DNA from: a virus
Reading direction: 5' to 3' (one strand)
DNA: 64,000 nt
Virus record (IMG/VR): IMGVR_UViG_3300044771_000012
Location: 1 to 64,000 of that record
Positions 25,805 through 37,600 of this stretch are shown in pieces (position 1 is the first letter of the stretch; each line of letters opens with the position of its first letter). The position numbers and the translations under genes were made by a program. Below the pieces are notes generated by a model that was not told the origin of the DNA, made no database searches, and saw only the letters and a list, made by a program, of their open reading frames with translations.

Positions 25805-26581
25805 ATGGCTGAAAAGTATTCGACTGGTTTAAGAAATTTGCTGGAAGGTGGGATGAGCATTCGGGAAGCTCTCGATGATTTTATCATCAAAGTTTTTTCC
25901 GGCTCGACTCCATCCGATGCAGATCAGGCGGAAGGTGGCTCTCTTCTCTGCACGATCAGTAAAGCCTCCGGGGTAGTGGAAGCCGATGAACTTTCCATTG
26001 CGAAGCAGGCATCTATTGACATCACCGTGGCGGGCGTGGGTGCAACAGTCATTGTGGCAATCAATGGCGTCGATTACACTTATCTCGTGCTGGCCGCCGA
26101 TGATGATCTCCGAAAGGTCGCTCGGAAGGTAGCCACAATGCTCGATGGTATTCCTGAGCTTCATGCGGTCGCTCACGGCACGGCAGGTGGAGACGGAAAG
26201 GTTGCAGTTAAAAGCTCCGTCGCAGGACTTACCTTTACCATCGCAAAGGGTGGTGGAGGCGGCGGCGGAACGGCAACATGGACAGTCACCGATAACACGA
26301 TTGCCAACGTCCGAAGCGATGCTCTTCAATGGGGAACACCATCGAACGCTCAGATGGCAAAACCTTCTGAGGTTTGGTCTGGGGTGAATGTCCTCGGCGG
26401 GACGGCGGCATGGTTCAGGATCGTAAGACCCGATGATACCGGAGCCCTTTCGACAATATCCAGAAGGATTCAGGGGGCCATCGGAACAAGCGGGGCCGAA
26501 TTGAACCTGTCCAACATCAATCTCGTGATAGGGGCAACGTTGACAATCGACACAGCAATTTTCAACTTGCCAGTCAGTTAA
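25805..26581 (+). CDS. hypothetical virion-module protein (poly-Gly tract)
   Basis: ORF after AAGGAGGGAA. Contains KGGGGGGGT. Confidence 0.6.
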   Translation: MAEKYSTGLRNLLEGGMSIREALDDFIIKVFSGSTPSDADQAEGGSLLCTISKASGVVEADELSIAKQASIDITVAGVGATVIVAINGVDYTYLVLAADDDLRKVARKVATMLDGIPELHAVAHGTAGGDGKVAVKSSVAGLTFTIAKGGGGGGGTATWTVTDNTIANVRSDALQWGTPSNAQMAKPSEVWSGVNVLGGTAAWFRIVRPDDTGALSTISRRIQGAIGTSGAELNLSNINLVIGATLTIDTAIFNLPVS

Positions 26582-26593
26582 TGGAGGTAGGCT

Positions 26594-27244
26594 ATGGCGG
26601 TTACTGCGATCCTGAGCAACCACTATAAGTATCAGCTTGCAAAAAAACTGATCGACCTTTCTGCCGATGATATTCGTGTTTGTCTGGTTCGTAGCGGATA
26701 TAGTTTTAATCCAGATAAGGTCGCCAAAAAAATAAACATGAGAACGAATTCGGGAGCGATCTCGATTACGTTCTCTACATCGAAAACGATTTCGAGAGGA
26801 ACCGGATCATGGCTGACCGATGGATTCATCCCAGGAAATAAAATTTCAACGGACGCCTCTCTCAATCCTGGCCCATTCACCATTACGAATGTGACTCAGT
26901 ATGTGATTACGGTAAATGAAACGATGGTTGATGAAGGCCCGGTTGTTAAAACCGTCTCCTCGGATGATGAGATTGGGACAGGCTACGGTTATACCCAATA
27001 TGCGAAGGCTCTTACGAGCCAAGTCTTAACCGAAGATAACACAAATGATCGGGCAGAGATGACTTGTGCCGATCCTTCCTGGACAGCGAGTGGCGGAACG
27101 ATAGGCCCTTCTCCGGGAGCGTTCCTCATAGACGAATCAACATCGGATAAGACGGTGATCGGTTTTCTCGATTTCGGAGGCAATCAACAGGCAACAACTG
27201 GCCAGGCTTTTACTCTCGAAGATGTGGTTGTAAGGGTCTCCTGA
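26594..27244 (+). CDS. hypothetical virion-module protein
   Basis: ORF after TGGAGGTAGG. Confidence 0.6.
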   Translation: MAVTAILSNHYKYQLAKKLIDLSADDIRVCLVRSGYSFNPDKVAKKINMRTNSGAISITFSTSKTISRGTGSWLTDGFIPGNKISTDASLNPGPFTITNVTQYVITVNETMVDEGPVVKTVSSDDEIGTGYGYTQYAKALTSQVLTEDNTNDRAEMTCADPSWTASGGTIGPSPGAFLIDESTSDKTVIGFLDFGGNQQATTGQAFTLEDVVVRVS

Positions 27245-27262
27245 TCTTCATGGAGGTAAATA

Positions 27263-28345
27263 GTGGGATCACAGGTTCAGGCTCCTCTTACTGCCGTGAC
27301 CTCCATGGAAGTCACGGTCAGGATCAACAACGAACTTTCTCTCACGATGCCGATGCCAGAGCTTCAAATGACTGGCTGGACGGAAACGGCTAATCTCGTT
27401 TTAACGATGCCGGTTCCACAACTTTTGATGACTGGCCTCGTCGGAGCAATCGGAAAACTCCGGCTCACAATGCCAATGCCGACCCTCTCGATGTTCCAGG
27501 GCGGCAGTCTCGAATTGACGATGCCCGTTCCGGCCTTATTAATGACCGGACTAAATGGGGCCGTGGGCAATCTTTTATTGCGAAGACTACTTCCCTCTAT
27601 CGAGATGGCGGGTCATATCAATGACTATGGCATCCTAAATTTAATCCTTCATCCTCCCTCTCTTATAATGACCGGAAAGGAAAACGAGATCGGAAACCTG
27701 ATCTTATTTTTAAGACCTCCGAAACTTTCCATGCACGGTCTTTCCGGGGTTGTCGGATCGCTCTCTTTACAATTAAAACCTCCTTCCCTTTTAATGTATG
27801 GTTTCATTGAGGCAAGGGGAAGTCTTGTTCTAACGATGCCTGTTCCCTATCTGGTGATGACGGGCGATCAATTCTTTGCGGCCCGCTATTTCAAAGGCAT
27901 TGCGATGAACATGAGCCATTTCGCCGTCACCGATTATATCGGTTACGATTTTAATAGCCTGGCATATTTCAATGGGAAATTTTTGGGGGGTGGCCAAAAC
28001 GGTATCTTCGCTCTGGGGGGAAACAAAGACAATGGTGTGAATATCAATTTCAGGGCGAAGATGCCAATCCTCGATCCTTATCAAGATATTCTTAAAAAGG
28101 CGAGGGACGCATGGCTCACCTGCCGATCAGATGGACAATTAATGCTCGTGGTTCAAATGGGAGAGAAAGAATATTATGATGATATTTTTGAGCCAACGGG
28201 CAGGGTTGACGAATATCGTTGTAAACTCCCAAAGGGGATTAAGGAAAGATTTTTAGCGTTTGAAATACGGAATGTGGATGGAAGCGATTTAGATCACAAC
28301 AATCTTCGGTTCACAACCGATGCTGTCACGAGAAGGAGAAGATAA
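27263..28345 (+). CDS. structural protein with 9 tandem ~18-aa LTMPxPxLxMTG repeats
   Basis: GTG start after GGAGG. Repeat copies include LSLTMPMPELQMTGW, LVLTMPVPQLLMTGL, LRLTMPMPTLSMFQG and LVLTMPVPYLVMTGD. Confidence 0.6.
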   Translation: MGSQVQAPLTAVTSMEVTVRINNELSLTMPMPELQMTGWTETANLVLTMPVPQLLMTGLVGAIGKLRLTMPMPTLSMFQGGSLELTMPVPALLMTGLNGAVGNLLLRRLLPSIEMAGHINDYGILNLILHPPSLIMTGKENEIGNLILFLRPPKLSMHGLSGVVGSLSLQLKPPSLLMYGFIEARGSLVLTMPVPYLVMTGDQFFAARYFKGIAMNMSHFAVTDYIGYDFNSLAYFNGKFLGGGQNGIFALGGNKDNGVNINFRAKMPILDPYQDILKKARDAWLTCRSDGQLMLVVQMGEKEYYDDIFEPTGRVDEYRCKLPKGIKERFLAFEIRNVDGSDLDHNNLRFTTDAVTRRRR

Positions 28346-30258
28346 TGGCAACGACTGTAAAAGCGGACATCGAAGCTGTCCTTTATGATACCAAAGACCT
28401 CGTAACCGCAAATTTCGCCTTGTCTCAAGCGTATGCCCAATCTGCGTTTGCCATGGCGAATCAGGCTCTTGCTAATTTAGCGGATACGGCCACAGAGATA
28501 ATGCCGATCAATGTGGACGTGACCCTCGATGTCGAAGATTTTACTCTCGAAGATTTTATCAATGATCCACCGGCCCCTCCTTCGTGGAATTTTGTTTATC
28601 CTCCGAGTCCCGTTCCGCCAGACTTTCGAGACCTCCCCGATCTTCCATCGGTTTCTTTTCCTGAATTCACCGCTCAACTCATGGCCCTGGATATTCCAAC
28701 GTTGCCGGACATCCCTGTTTTCCCGAACGTCCCAGATACCCCGGCCATAACCGAACCGACGATACCATCGAAACCCGATTATGTGTTACCGGATGTGCCT
28801 TCGCTGGTTCTCCCAACGATCCCGGAAGTCCCATATCCTTATTTTCCAACCTGGGATGCAGAACCCCCGGATGCTTCCAATCTAATCGCACCCGAAGGCG
28901 TCATCGTAAATGGTGGAAGCGAATACACGGTGATTGAAGGATTGAAAGAAAAGATCGAAGAGATGATAAAAGGAGACCGTCCGGCTTTTACCGAAGAAGT
29001 TACGGAGGCGATTATAAATCGAGGAATAGAAGCGGCAAGACAAGTCCAGAATGATACCATAGATCGAATCTCCGCAGAGTGGAGTCGGAGAAGGGCCGTT
29101 CTTCCAAACGGTGTCCTCGTGGCGGCCATCGAAGAATCTGAATTGAATTTTTCAAATAAACGTTTCGATGTCATCCGAGATTTCGTGATAAAGAACTTTG
29201 AATTAACCCAGGCCAATGTTCACAAAGGAATTGATGGAGGAGTTCAACTTCAAGGTTTTTATGGAACAATCGCAGATGCTATCGCCCGCAGGGTCTTTGA
29301 GGCTTCCAAGGCGGCGGCAGATGCAATGATCGCTTCTTTCAATGCGGGAGTCAAGAAGGTTGAAATTCTCACCGATATTTATAAAACCCGTGCCTCTGTC
29401 TATGAAGTAATCATCCGTGCAGAGATTGGGAAGATCGAAGTCTATAAGGCCCAGATGGAAGGGGCCAGGCTTATGGTCGATATGAATGATGCTCGTGTAA
29501 AAATCTATCAGGCTCAACTCGCCGGGGTTGAATCTTTGATCGGACTTTACCGGGCAGAGATGGAAGGATCGAAACTCTTCGTCGATATTCAGCGATCCAG
29601 ATTGGATGCCTATCGGACTCAGATCGAGGCTTACATAGCGGGCATCAATGCGAAGACCGCAGAGTATAGTATGTATCGAGCGAAGATCGAGGGAGAAACC
29701 GCCAAGGTCGAAGTCTTTTCCAAACAGGCCGATGCCTTTCGATCAGAAGTAACTGCGAAAGCGGCAGAGCTTTCAGCAAAGAGCGATCAGATCAAGGCAG
29801 TCGCAGAGGCAAATAAATCCATTGCCGATATGTATTCCGCAGAGGTCGAAGGTTTCAAATCTCTTATTCAAGGAGAGGCCGCCAGGGTTGATGCTCTTGT
29901 TAAAGGATATGTGGCCGAGATTGAGGGATACAAAGCGACCACCGATGGGGCCGCCGCCTTCGCTAACCTTGAAGTGAAAGTCTATGACGCAAAAGTGCAG
30001 GCGTTGATTGCCAAAGCCAATTTGGAAATTAAGGCCAAAGAGATCGAGATCAAAAATCTTGAAAATGAAACACAGTTAAAGATCGAAGCTATGAAGGGCA
30101 TGGCCCAGATCGCTTCGTCTCTGGCTATCGGAGCCCTAACCGCAATCCATGTTTCTGCGGGGATTGACGCCAGGGGAACCGCATCGGAAGGCATTGATTA
30201 CAGAACATCGACGGATGAGAATTTCAACTATAATTATGATATGCCCGTGCCTGAGTAA
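28345..30258 (+). CDS. coiled-coil virion/ejection-type protein
   Basis: 637 aa. Long helical repeats of the form Y(K/R)A(Q/E)MEG..L.VD. Confidence 0.6.
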   Translation: MATTVKADIEAVLYDTKDLVTANFALSQAYAQSAFAMANQALANLADTATEIMPINVDVTLDVEDFTLEDFINDPPAPPSWNFVYPPSPVPPDFRDLPDLPSVSFPEFTAQLMALDIPTLPDIPVFPNVPDTPAITEPTIPSKPDYVLPDVPSLVLPTIPEVPYPYFPTWDAEPPDASNLIAPEGVIVNGGSEYTVIEGLKEKIEEMIKGDRPAFTEEVTEAIINRGIEAARQVQNDTIDRISAEWSRRRAVLPNGVLVAAIEESELNFSNKRFDVIRDFVIKNFELTQANVHKGIDGGVQLQGFYGTIADAIARRVFEASKAAADAMIASFNAGVKKVEILTDIYKTRASVYEVIIRAEIGKIEVYKAQMEGARLMVDMNDARVKIYQAQLAGVESLIGLYRAEMEGSKLFVDIQRSRLDAYRTQIEAYIAGINAKTAEYSMYRAKIEGETAKVEVFSKQADAFRSEVTAKAAELSAKSDQIKAVAEANKSIADMYSAEVEGFKSLIQGEAARVDALVKGYVAEIEGYKATTDGAAAFANLEVKVYDAKVQALIAKANLEIKAKEIEIKNLENETQLKIEAMKGMAQIASSLAIGALTAIHVSAGIDARGTASEGIDYRTSTDENFNYNYDMPVPE

Positions 30259-30270
30259 GGAGGATTGAAA

Positions 30271-31692
30271 ATGGCAGACAAACCCTATCAAAAAAAGGTG
30301 GATGAATTTCTGGCCGACTATACGGACAAATTCATCCCAACTCTCATAACCGGGAAGGGAACGCCTGAAACTCCCTATACGAATATGGGAGGCCCTGAAA
30401 CCGCCATACCCATGACGAAGGATCAAGCTCAACTCGAAAGAGACAAACTTCTTGCGTCATCCATTCATCCAGATACATTCAACAAGGTGCTCGACACGAT
30501 GAAGGGAGGAACATTTCCTTCTCACCAGATAGCCCTTGGAACGCCGATGTCTCAATTTTCAAATTCTCTCGAAGGTCAACGGGTTATGCGAGAGCGAGCA
30601 ATCCCGATCCCAGGCGTATCGACTGGATTCAATCCTTCCGGTGCAACTCTCGCCGATATTCAAGCCGCCATCCCCCCAGATTTTTTAAGAGGAGGGAATG
30701 TTATCAATATGACTCCTGGCCCTACCGGGGCCTATGAAGCAGAAAGGCCGGTTCCCGGCGGATGGGATTGGAGAGGAGAATTAGCGAAACAAGGAACGTG
30801 GTCAGCCGGGCCTGAAAGATTTTTTATTGGAGATAGAGAGGTTCCCGCAGGCACGCCTGGGGCCGTGAGTGGAGATCAACTTGCAAGAGAAAGAATTGGA
30901 AGAGGAGGGGGATCAGCGATTCCATTATCGGCATTAGGAGAATCGGCGATCCCCATGGGACGTGGTGGAGAAGTCCCGACCTATGAGATGCCTGGTGAAA
31001 TCCGAACGGCTCTTCAAGGAATTCAAAATATTTTAATGAGACCCACCGAAAGGCCATGGTCTCCACGAGGATATGTTGGGAAAGAAGGCGGTTATAGCAG
31101 GGCCAGAATGGGTGCTCTTGAAAACTTTGCGGGATCGCTTGAAAAGCTGGCCGCCACGGGAGCCGGTTATCAAACAAAGATGGCAGAGATTGGATCAGAG
31201 AAACCCTATCGAGAAGCCGTGGCTGATTATTATCGCAGAATGGCCGGAGTCCACGAAGCCGCAATTCCTTCGGAAGCGTTCGCCAGATATGCAACGGGAA
31301 TGCACGCTCTCTCCGAATCAGAAAGACCCTATGCCTTCGCTCCAAATTCTGCGGTTTACCAGGGGGCCAAACTTCTGGGTTACGTTCCTGAGAAACCGGA
31401 AGCAATCCATCCGATCATCCGAGACATCATTAATAAGTCGGTCTTGACCGATCCGAATACTGGAATGGCGGGCGGGTTTGATATTAAGGGAGCCAGGCAG
31501 AAAATCGGGTTTATGGCTCCATGGTTAAAAAGTCTAAATATTGATGTTCCGAAAGAATCCTATAAGATGACGAAACCGGAATTCCTCGCCGAACAAAAGG
31601 CGTGGACATCGAGATTGACCAAAAAAGAAAGAGCAAAATACACCCCGAAATATACCGATCAACTCTGGACAGAATATTGGGGTAAGGATTAA
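30271..31692 (+). CDS. hypothetical virion-module protein
   Basis: ATG at 30271 after AAGGAGG. The track start at 30265 is TTG. Confidence 0.6.
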   Translation: MADKPYQKKVDEFLADYTDKFIPTLITGKGTPETPYTNMGGPETAIPMTKDQAQLERDKLLASSIHPDTFNKVLDTMKGGTFPSHQIALGTPMSQFSNSLEGQRVMRERAIPIPGVSTGFNPSGATLADIQAAIPPDFLRGGNVINMTPGPTGAYEAERPVPGGWDWRGELAKQGTWSAGPERFFIGDREVPAGTPGAVSGDQLARERIGRGGGSAIPLSALGESAIPMGRGGEVPTYEMPGEIRTALQGIQNILMRPTERPWSPRGYVGKEGGYSRARMGALENFAGSLEKLAATGAGYQTKMAEIGSEKPYREAVADYYRRMAGVHEAAIPSEAFARYATGMHALSESERPYAFAPNSAVYQGAKLLGYVPEKPEAIHPIIRDIINKSVLTDPNTGMAGGFDIKGARQKIGFMAPWLKSLNIDVPKESYKMTKPEFLAEQKAWTSRLTKKERAKYTPKYTDQLWTEYWGKD

Positions 31693-31695
31693 ATA

Positions 31696-34600
31696 ATGCC
31701 TGATCCGTTTTTGGATTATCTACATGAATCGGAATTGGGAAGGGGAACAATAGCAGGGACAACCTTGCCGCCGATGGAGGCCCCACAGGTTGCTTTTGCA
31801 AAGCCCTTGATAAGGCCAGCCGCACCTGCACCCACCGAAGAAGACCCTTTTCTTTCTCATATCCGGGGCCTTGAAACTACTCCTCCACCTTCACCGCCTC
31901 CTCAACGTGGAGTCCTGGGAGATATTGCTTCTTCTCTTGCTCGTGGCGTTGGAGTTGGTATCCCGCAATTCGCTGGCCAGGCGGTAACTGGTCTCGGAGC
32001 CCTGACCGGGATCGAACCGATGAAAGAAACGGGAAGAGCGATCACCGGATTTGCCGAAGCACTTCCCGAAAAAATTCCTTTCCTTCAACCCTCGGAGGCA
32101 GAGGGCCAGGGTGGGTTCAGACGTTTTCTTACAGGGATGGGAGAAAATCTTCCTACAATCCTGGCCGCCGCAAAGGGGGGAGCCGCCATTGGAGCTTTGA
32201 CTGCCCCCGTTACGGGTTTTCTTGGGCCGACCGCCGGTGCAATCCTTGGCGGCATGGTCGGAATTTTTGGAACGTTTGGCCTTGCCGGAAAGGGCCGGGC
32301 ATACGAAGAGGCTCTTTCTCAGGGTTTACCGGAAGACCAGGCCCAGATTTACTCGAACAAAATCGGGGCCATCGAAGGTGGAGTGTGGTCTCTTCTCGCT
32401 CCTGCGGAAGCCGTAACCGGAGGGATCGCAGGGAAATTTATTAAGAAGCCTGCGATTGATACCATCCGCAAACTTCTAACTCCGACCCTTACCCAAAGTC
32501 TCGCTGGCATGGCAACGAACGTTCCTCTTGTGACTGCCGCCGGTGCAACCTCCGCCGCACTTCAAGCCAGGGCCGCAGAGGAAGCTGGTATTCCAACTCC
32601 AACGCCGGAAGAAGCCGCTTATAATTCCATTGCTCCTTCGATTGGAATTTCGATCTTATTCGGCCTCGGAACACGGGCAATGAGATGGCAAGATCGAGGA
32701 GCGACCTTTGCTTCTTTAAAAAATGAGACCGTCGATCCTCAATTCAGACAGAATGCGGCATCAAGGGTTTTTGCAAATTTGAGAGCAATAGACCCGGAGA
32801 TCGCCCAGATGTGGAAACGAGAGGCTGATCTCAATATCCAGGCAAAGCGTCCAATCCCCATCGACGAAGATTACATGACCTGGTTATCAAGAAGTCAAAG
32901 AGAAAGGGTTCCTGCGATGTGGGGAACACAAGGAGCCGAACTTCCCATTCCTTATGCGGGTGAAGAAGCAAGGTATATGGGAAGGATGGCCCCGGAGGAG
33001 CCCGCCCAAATTCCATGGATAGAACCTCCTGGTGTCAAACGAGGAGAGGGTTTCGTCATGGCCGAACCATGGCTTGTGAGAGAAGGGGATCGAGGATATT
33101 TCCTACCCGCACCGGAAGCCATGAAGTTATTACCCGGCCCAGAAAAGGCAATACCTCAACTCCCGTATTATCCTCCTCCGGTAGGAACGACTCTCGGAGA
33201 GGGATTCAGGATGCAGGAGCCGGTTCAACCGAAAGTCTATGCCAGGGTCGCTCAGGATGCTTATCGAGAAGTGATGAGCATGGATGAGAATGGAAAACCG
33301 ATCCTTGGAGATAAAACCTTCAAGCGGTCTCAGATCGTGCCGAAAGAGGCAACGGTCAAGACCGGAAAGGGAAGAATTGCCCCCGAAGTGGGTGTTACCT
33401 CCGCCGGTGTCCTCCCCACCGAACGACCCTCACCACCTGCTCCGGGGGCCAAAATAACGCCTACGGCAAGAGAAGTGACCTCCACCCTTGCCCCTACCCC
33501 TGTTTTGCCTGAAAAGCCTGCCTTACCAGTTAAGGCTCCTCTGCCAGCCCCACAGATGGAAGCTATTCGTAACTATGGAGAGGAAATGAGCCAAACGGGG
33601 CAACCGGCAGGTTTGGGGATCGCAATGGTTCAACGGATCATCGGAAGTATGGGCGAGAAGGTTACAGCCAGGAAAGCGAAAGAGGCCATTGATTATCTCC
33701 ACGCCACGGGCGAGATCGAGCCCCAAGTTGGCGGAGGGACTGCGATGTTCGCCTATACCTTCACCGGGAAGACCCCAGAGAAGGCCCCGGTTCCTTTGCC
33801 GGAGGGGATCACTAAATACAAAAAAGATCATGGGTATCTGAAAACTGATACCGGATGGGAGGTTTATGGGCCAGAAGGAAAAATCGAGACAGCATCGTCA
33901 AGAGATGCGGCAAGAGCAACCATCGACCGGATTAAGTCCGGTGAAAAGCCACCTGCGGCGGTTCCACCGACTCCACCTATTACCCCGGCTCCGGCTCCTG
34001 GTGAACCGGCCATTCCCATTGCCGCTCGTGGAAGACCGGAAGAGGTTGTTACTCCAAAGGGTCTCAGGGCAGAAACGAGATTTAAGGTTGTTGAGGCTGA
34101 TAACCTGGTCACTTCAATCGACACTCAATTCAGGGAAAACCCGGCCTATAATCAAGAACTCCAACCCAGGGATCGAGACAAAGTAACCTCCATGAACCAG
34201 GTCATGCGGATTTATAATAAACTCGACCCAGAACAACTCGCAGAAAGTCGTGGAGCGGATACCGGGGCTCCAATCGTGGGGCCTGATAACATGGTCGAGT
34301 CTGGTAATGGTCGTGTAGTCGCAATGAAAAAACTTTATCAGGATGCCAATGCGAATGGAGAAAAATATAAGGCATGGCTCACCCAGAATGCAGAGAGGTT
34401 CGGCCTTACCAAAGAAGAGGTCTCCAATCTTAAAAATCCGATACTCGTAAGAGAGAATGCCACGCCGATGACGCCGGAAGAGCGAGTCGCTTTTGCGAGA
34501 GATGCGAACACTCCTACAACCCTGGTCATGTCCGCAGGCGAGAAGGCTAAGATCGACACGGATCGCTTGACGCCGGATGTCCTTTCTCTTTTTGCACCGG

Positions 34601-37600
34601 ATGAAAGTGGAAACCTCATGGCCGCCAGCAACCGGGAATTTATCCGCAGTTTTCTCGCTAAGATTCCGGCCAACGAGATGGGAGACTTCATCACCGAAAA
34701 GCCCGGTGCGATGGGAGCCGAAGCGAAACTCTCCGCTCAGGGACTCGCCAGAGTTAAGAACGCAATCTTCGCTAAAGCATACGGTAAGGAAAATGCAGAC
34801 CTCATCACCATGATGACGGAAGACCCAGAGAACAATATCAAAAATATCACAAACGCCCTTCTAACGGCGGCCCCGAAACAGGCCGTGTTGATGGATGCGA
34901 TAGCGAAGGGAAATCGCCACGATCTCTCAATCGCAAAGGAAATATCGGAGGCGGCTAAAACAATTTCCGATCTTCGGAATGCTGGAACGAATACGGAGGA
35001 GTATCTTCTTCAAGGAAATCTTTTCGGTAAAGACCCCATCGAAACAGAATTGGTGAAGATGTTCAATGATTGGAAGCAGGCCCCAAGGAAAATCATTGAC
35101 ATCCTCGATACCTATGCTAAAATGGTAGATGACGTTGGCAATCCAAAGCAGGGGGGCCTCTTTGGAGCCCAGAAGCCGCCATCCAAACTTGATATTTTGG
35201 AAGCGGCTCGAAAAGTAACCGAGGAAAAATATGTCACCCCCGAACAAAAAGGGTTATTCCCGCCCGAAATTCAACCAGTCGGTCGTGAACGAACTGGTGA
35301 GGCGATACAAGAAACTCCACCCGGAGGAATTCCCGAACCTGAGAAAGCCCCTGTCGAAGGGATTCCCGGTGAACCCACCCCAAAACCTGCCGCCGAGTTA
35401 GGCCCGCCGGAGTTTGATTACGAAAAGATGAGGAAACTCATCGACTCCGATCTTTTTCTAACACAAGAATTTAATAGATTACCCGGAACCCCAGAGAAAA
35501 AGGCAGAAGTGATATTCAACACATACGTTGCCGGGGATTCGGTGATGGAAAGAAATTATGAATCGGGCGGCGTCTCGAAAGCAATGTTCGAGGAGCCCGC
35601 CCCGATCACGGGCATGAAACTCGAAGGCGGGGTCTGGCCGCCATCGGAAGAAATTTGGTCGGCCTATGAAAAACTTGGCCAGGATGAATTCATTCGCCAG
35701 GCCGGGAAAATGGCATACGGGGAAAAGGGTTTTGTTCTTGCCAGAGAGATAGCGGAAGGGAACATCCCACCTGAATTGATGCAACGTGGCCCCAGGGGTA
35801 TGGCCCCAAAAGATGTCAATGAAGCGATCTTCGACATTAAAATTAAATGGAGAGATGCCCCGGATGTTGAAATCGTTCCCACCGAAAGAGACCTTCCTCC
35901 TGGTAAAAAACTTTACCCTGGGACAAAGGGTATCTTTGGCGATGATGGTAGGGTTTATCTCGTCGCTGAGAACCTGAAAAATCCCGGTGAAGCCAGAGAA
36001 GCAATTTTCCATGAGTCCGTTGGTCATTATGGTCTTCCAAAGATGATGGGGGATTCTTATTATGATCTTCTCCAAAGAGTTGTTCGTGACTTCCCAAAGG
36101 ACATTGCCGCCTTTGGAAAGAAGTATGGTTTTGACATGGATACCAATATCGGGAAGTGGAAGGCCGCAGAAGAGAAGATTGCCCAGGTTGCTCAAAAAGG
36201 AGATCATCCGGGTATCCTTAAAACTATGATCGCAACGATCAGGGATTGGATCAGTAAGGTTTTCCCTGGTCTGAAAATGACGGACAATGATATTCGCAAT
36301 CTCGTTCGGAAAGCATCGGAGCAAATGAAGAAAGGGGAAATCGGTTCTCCGGTTGATCCGATCAATGCTAAAATCGAAAATCTCCGCAGGCAGGTTGGCC
36401 ATCAAATCGGAGGAAATCCTAAACTCAAAGCCGGAGAGATGGGCCGCTATTGGCAAAACGAACCTTTCTTTATGATGGGCGAGAACGTGATGAGCGATGG
36501 TTCGTGGTGGGATTCGATCAAAAGTTTCCGTAATAAATATACCCTGGGGATCAAGGGAAACGATCTCAAGTGGTCTGAGCGGATGTATATGCTTCCATGG
36601 CACATCGCCCAAAAGTTTACGAACTTCCGAAAATTGATCGACGTTCAATTAAATCGAGATGAAGCTCGTGAGCAAATGAATCACGAGATGGTTCAAAAGG
36701 CATTTCCCGATAGTAAGAGCGAGGCCCATGAATTTCTCGCTTTACCGAAAGATCAATCCAATGATGTTTTTAGGGTGATGGTTTGGTCTGACGATCAAAA
36801 TCAATTTTTTGGTAGTGTCGGAAAGGGTGGAGAAATAAACCGGGATGTCGCTTCTCTTCAATCGAAAGCCAGAGAACTTCTTGGAAAAGACCTGAACGAA
36901 GATCAAGTCACGGCATATTACGCATGGAAACGAACCATGGATAGTGCGTGGGCAAGAGTCAGAAAACAGCACGAGGTAATGACTTTTGCTCCTTATGAAG
37001 ATCAACCATGGTATGAAGACCTAAAAAAATCATATACCGAATTCCTAAAAACTAAACAGAAAGGGTTGAGTTTTAAGGAATTCATCATTCAAGAGATGGA
37101 ACCGACCTTATTTAAACCCGGTGGAAAATATACTGATGCTCAATTAAAAGACTTGGGCCGTGCCGCAGATCGTCTCGAAAAACCGATTTCAAAACTGAAA
37201 GAACTTCGAGATGATATGGGGCGATGGAAATATTATGTCCCTCGTGTTCGGGATAAAGGCGACTATGTGATCCGTGGATTCGATGAAAACAATAACGTCG
37301 TTGTGAGTTTGAGGGCCAACGATCAAATTAGTGGAGCCAGGGTCAGGGATCGCTTTATGAAAGAATATACTGGCCTACGATGGGAATCAAAGTTTGAACC
37401 GCAACCCATTGAGGAGATGTTTCAGAAAGTTTCTGACATCCATCTCGAACAATTCATTAAGAAGGGAATTGATCGAGCACAAAGAAAAGAAACGATTAGC
37501 CCGGAAGATGCAGGTCATATTACCGATGCTCTCTTTGAAGCCGTGGCCGATGATCTCAAGGCCCGTGGGTTCGCTTCTCACTTTATCATGCGTGAAGAAG

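Noticed and set aside
25829-26623. 264-aa minus-strand ORF
   Set aside because: Shadow ORF antisense to 25805..26581. Cys/Arg-rich with no RBS.
36001-36039. Zinc metalloprotease call for the giant protein from HESVGH
   Set aside because: The spacing is HExxxH, not the canonical HExxH. I therefore report the motif but do not assign protease function.
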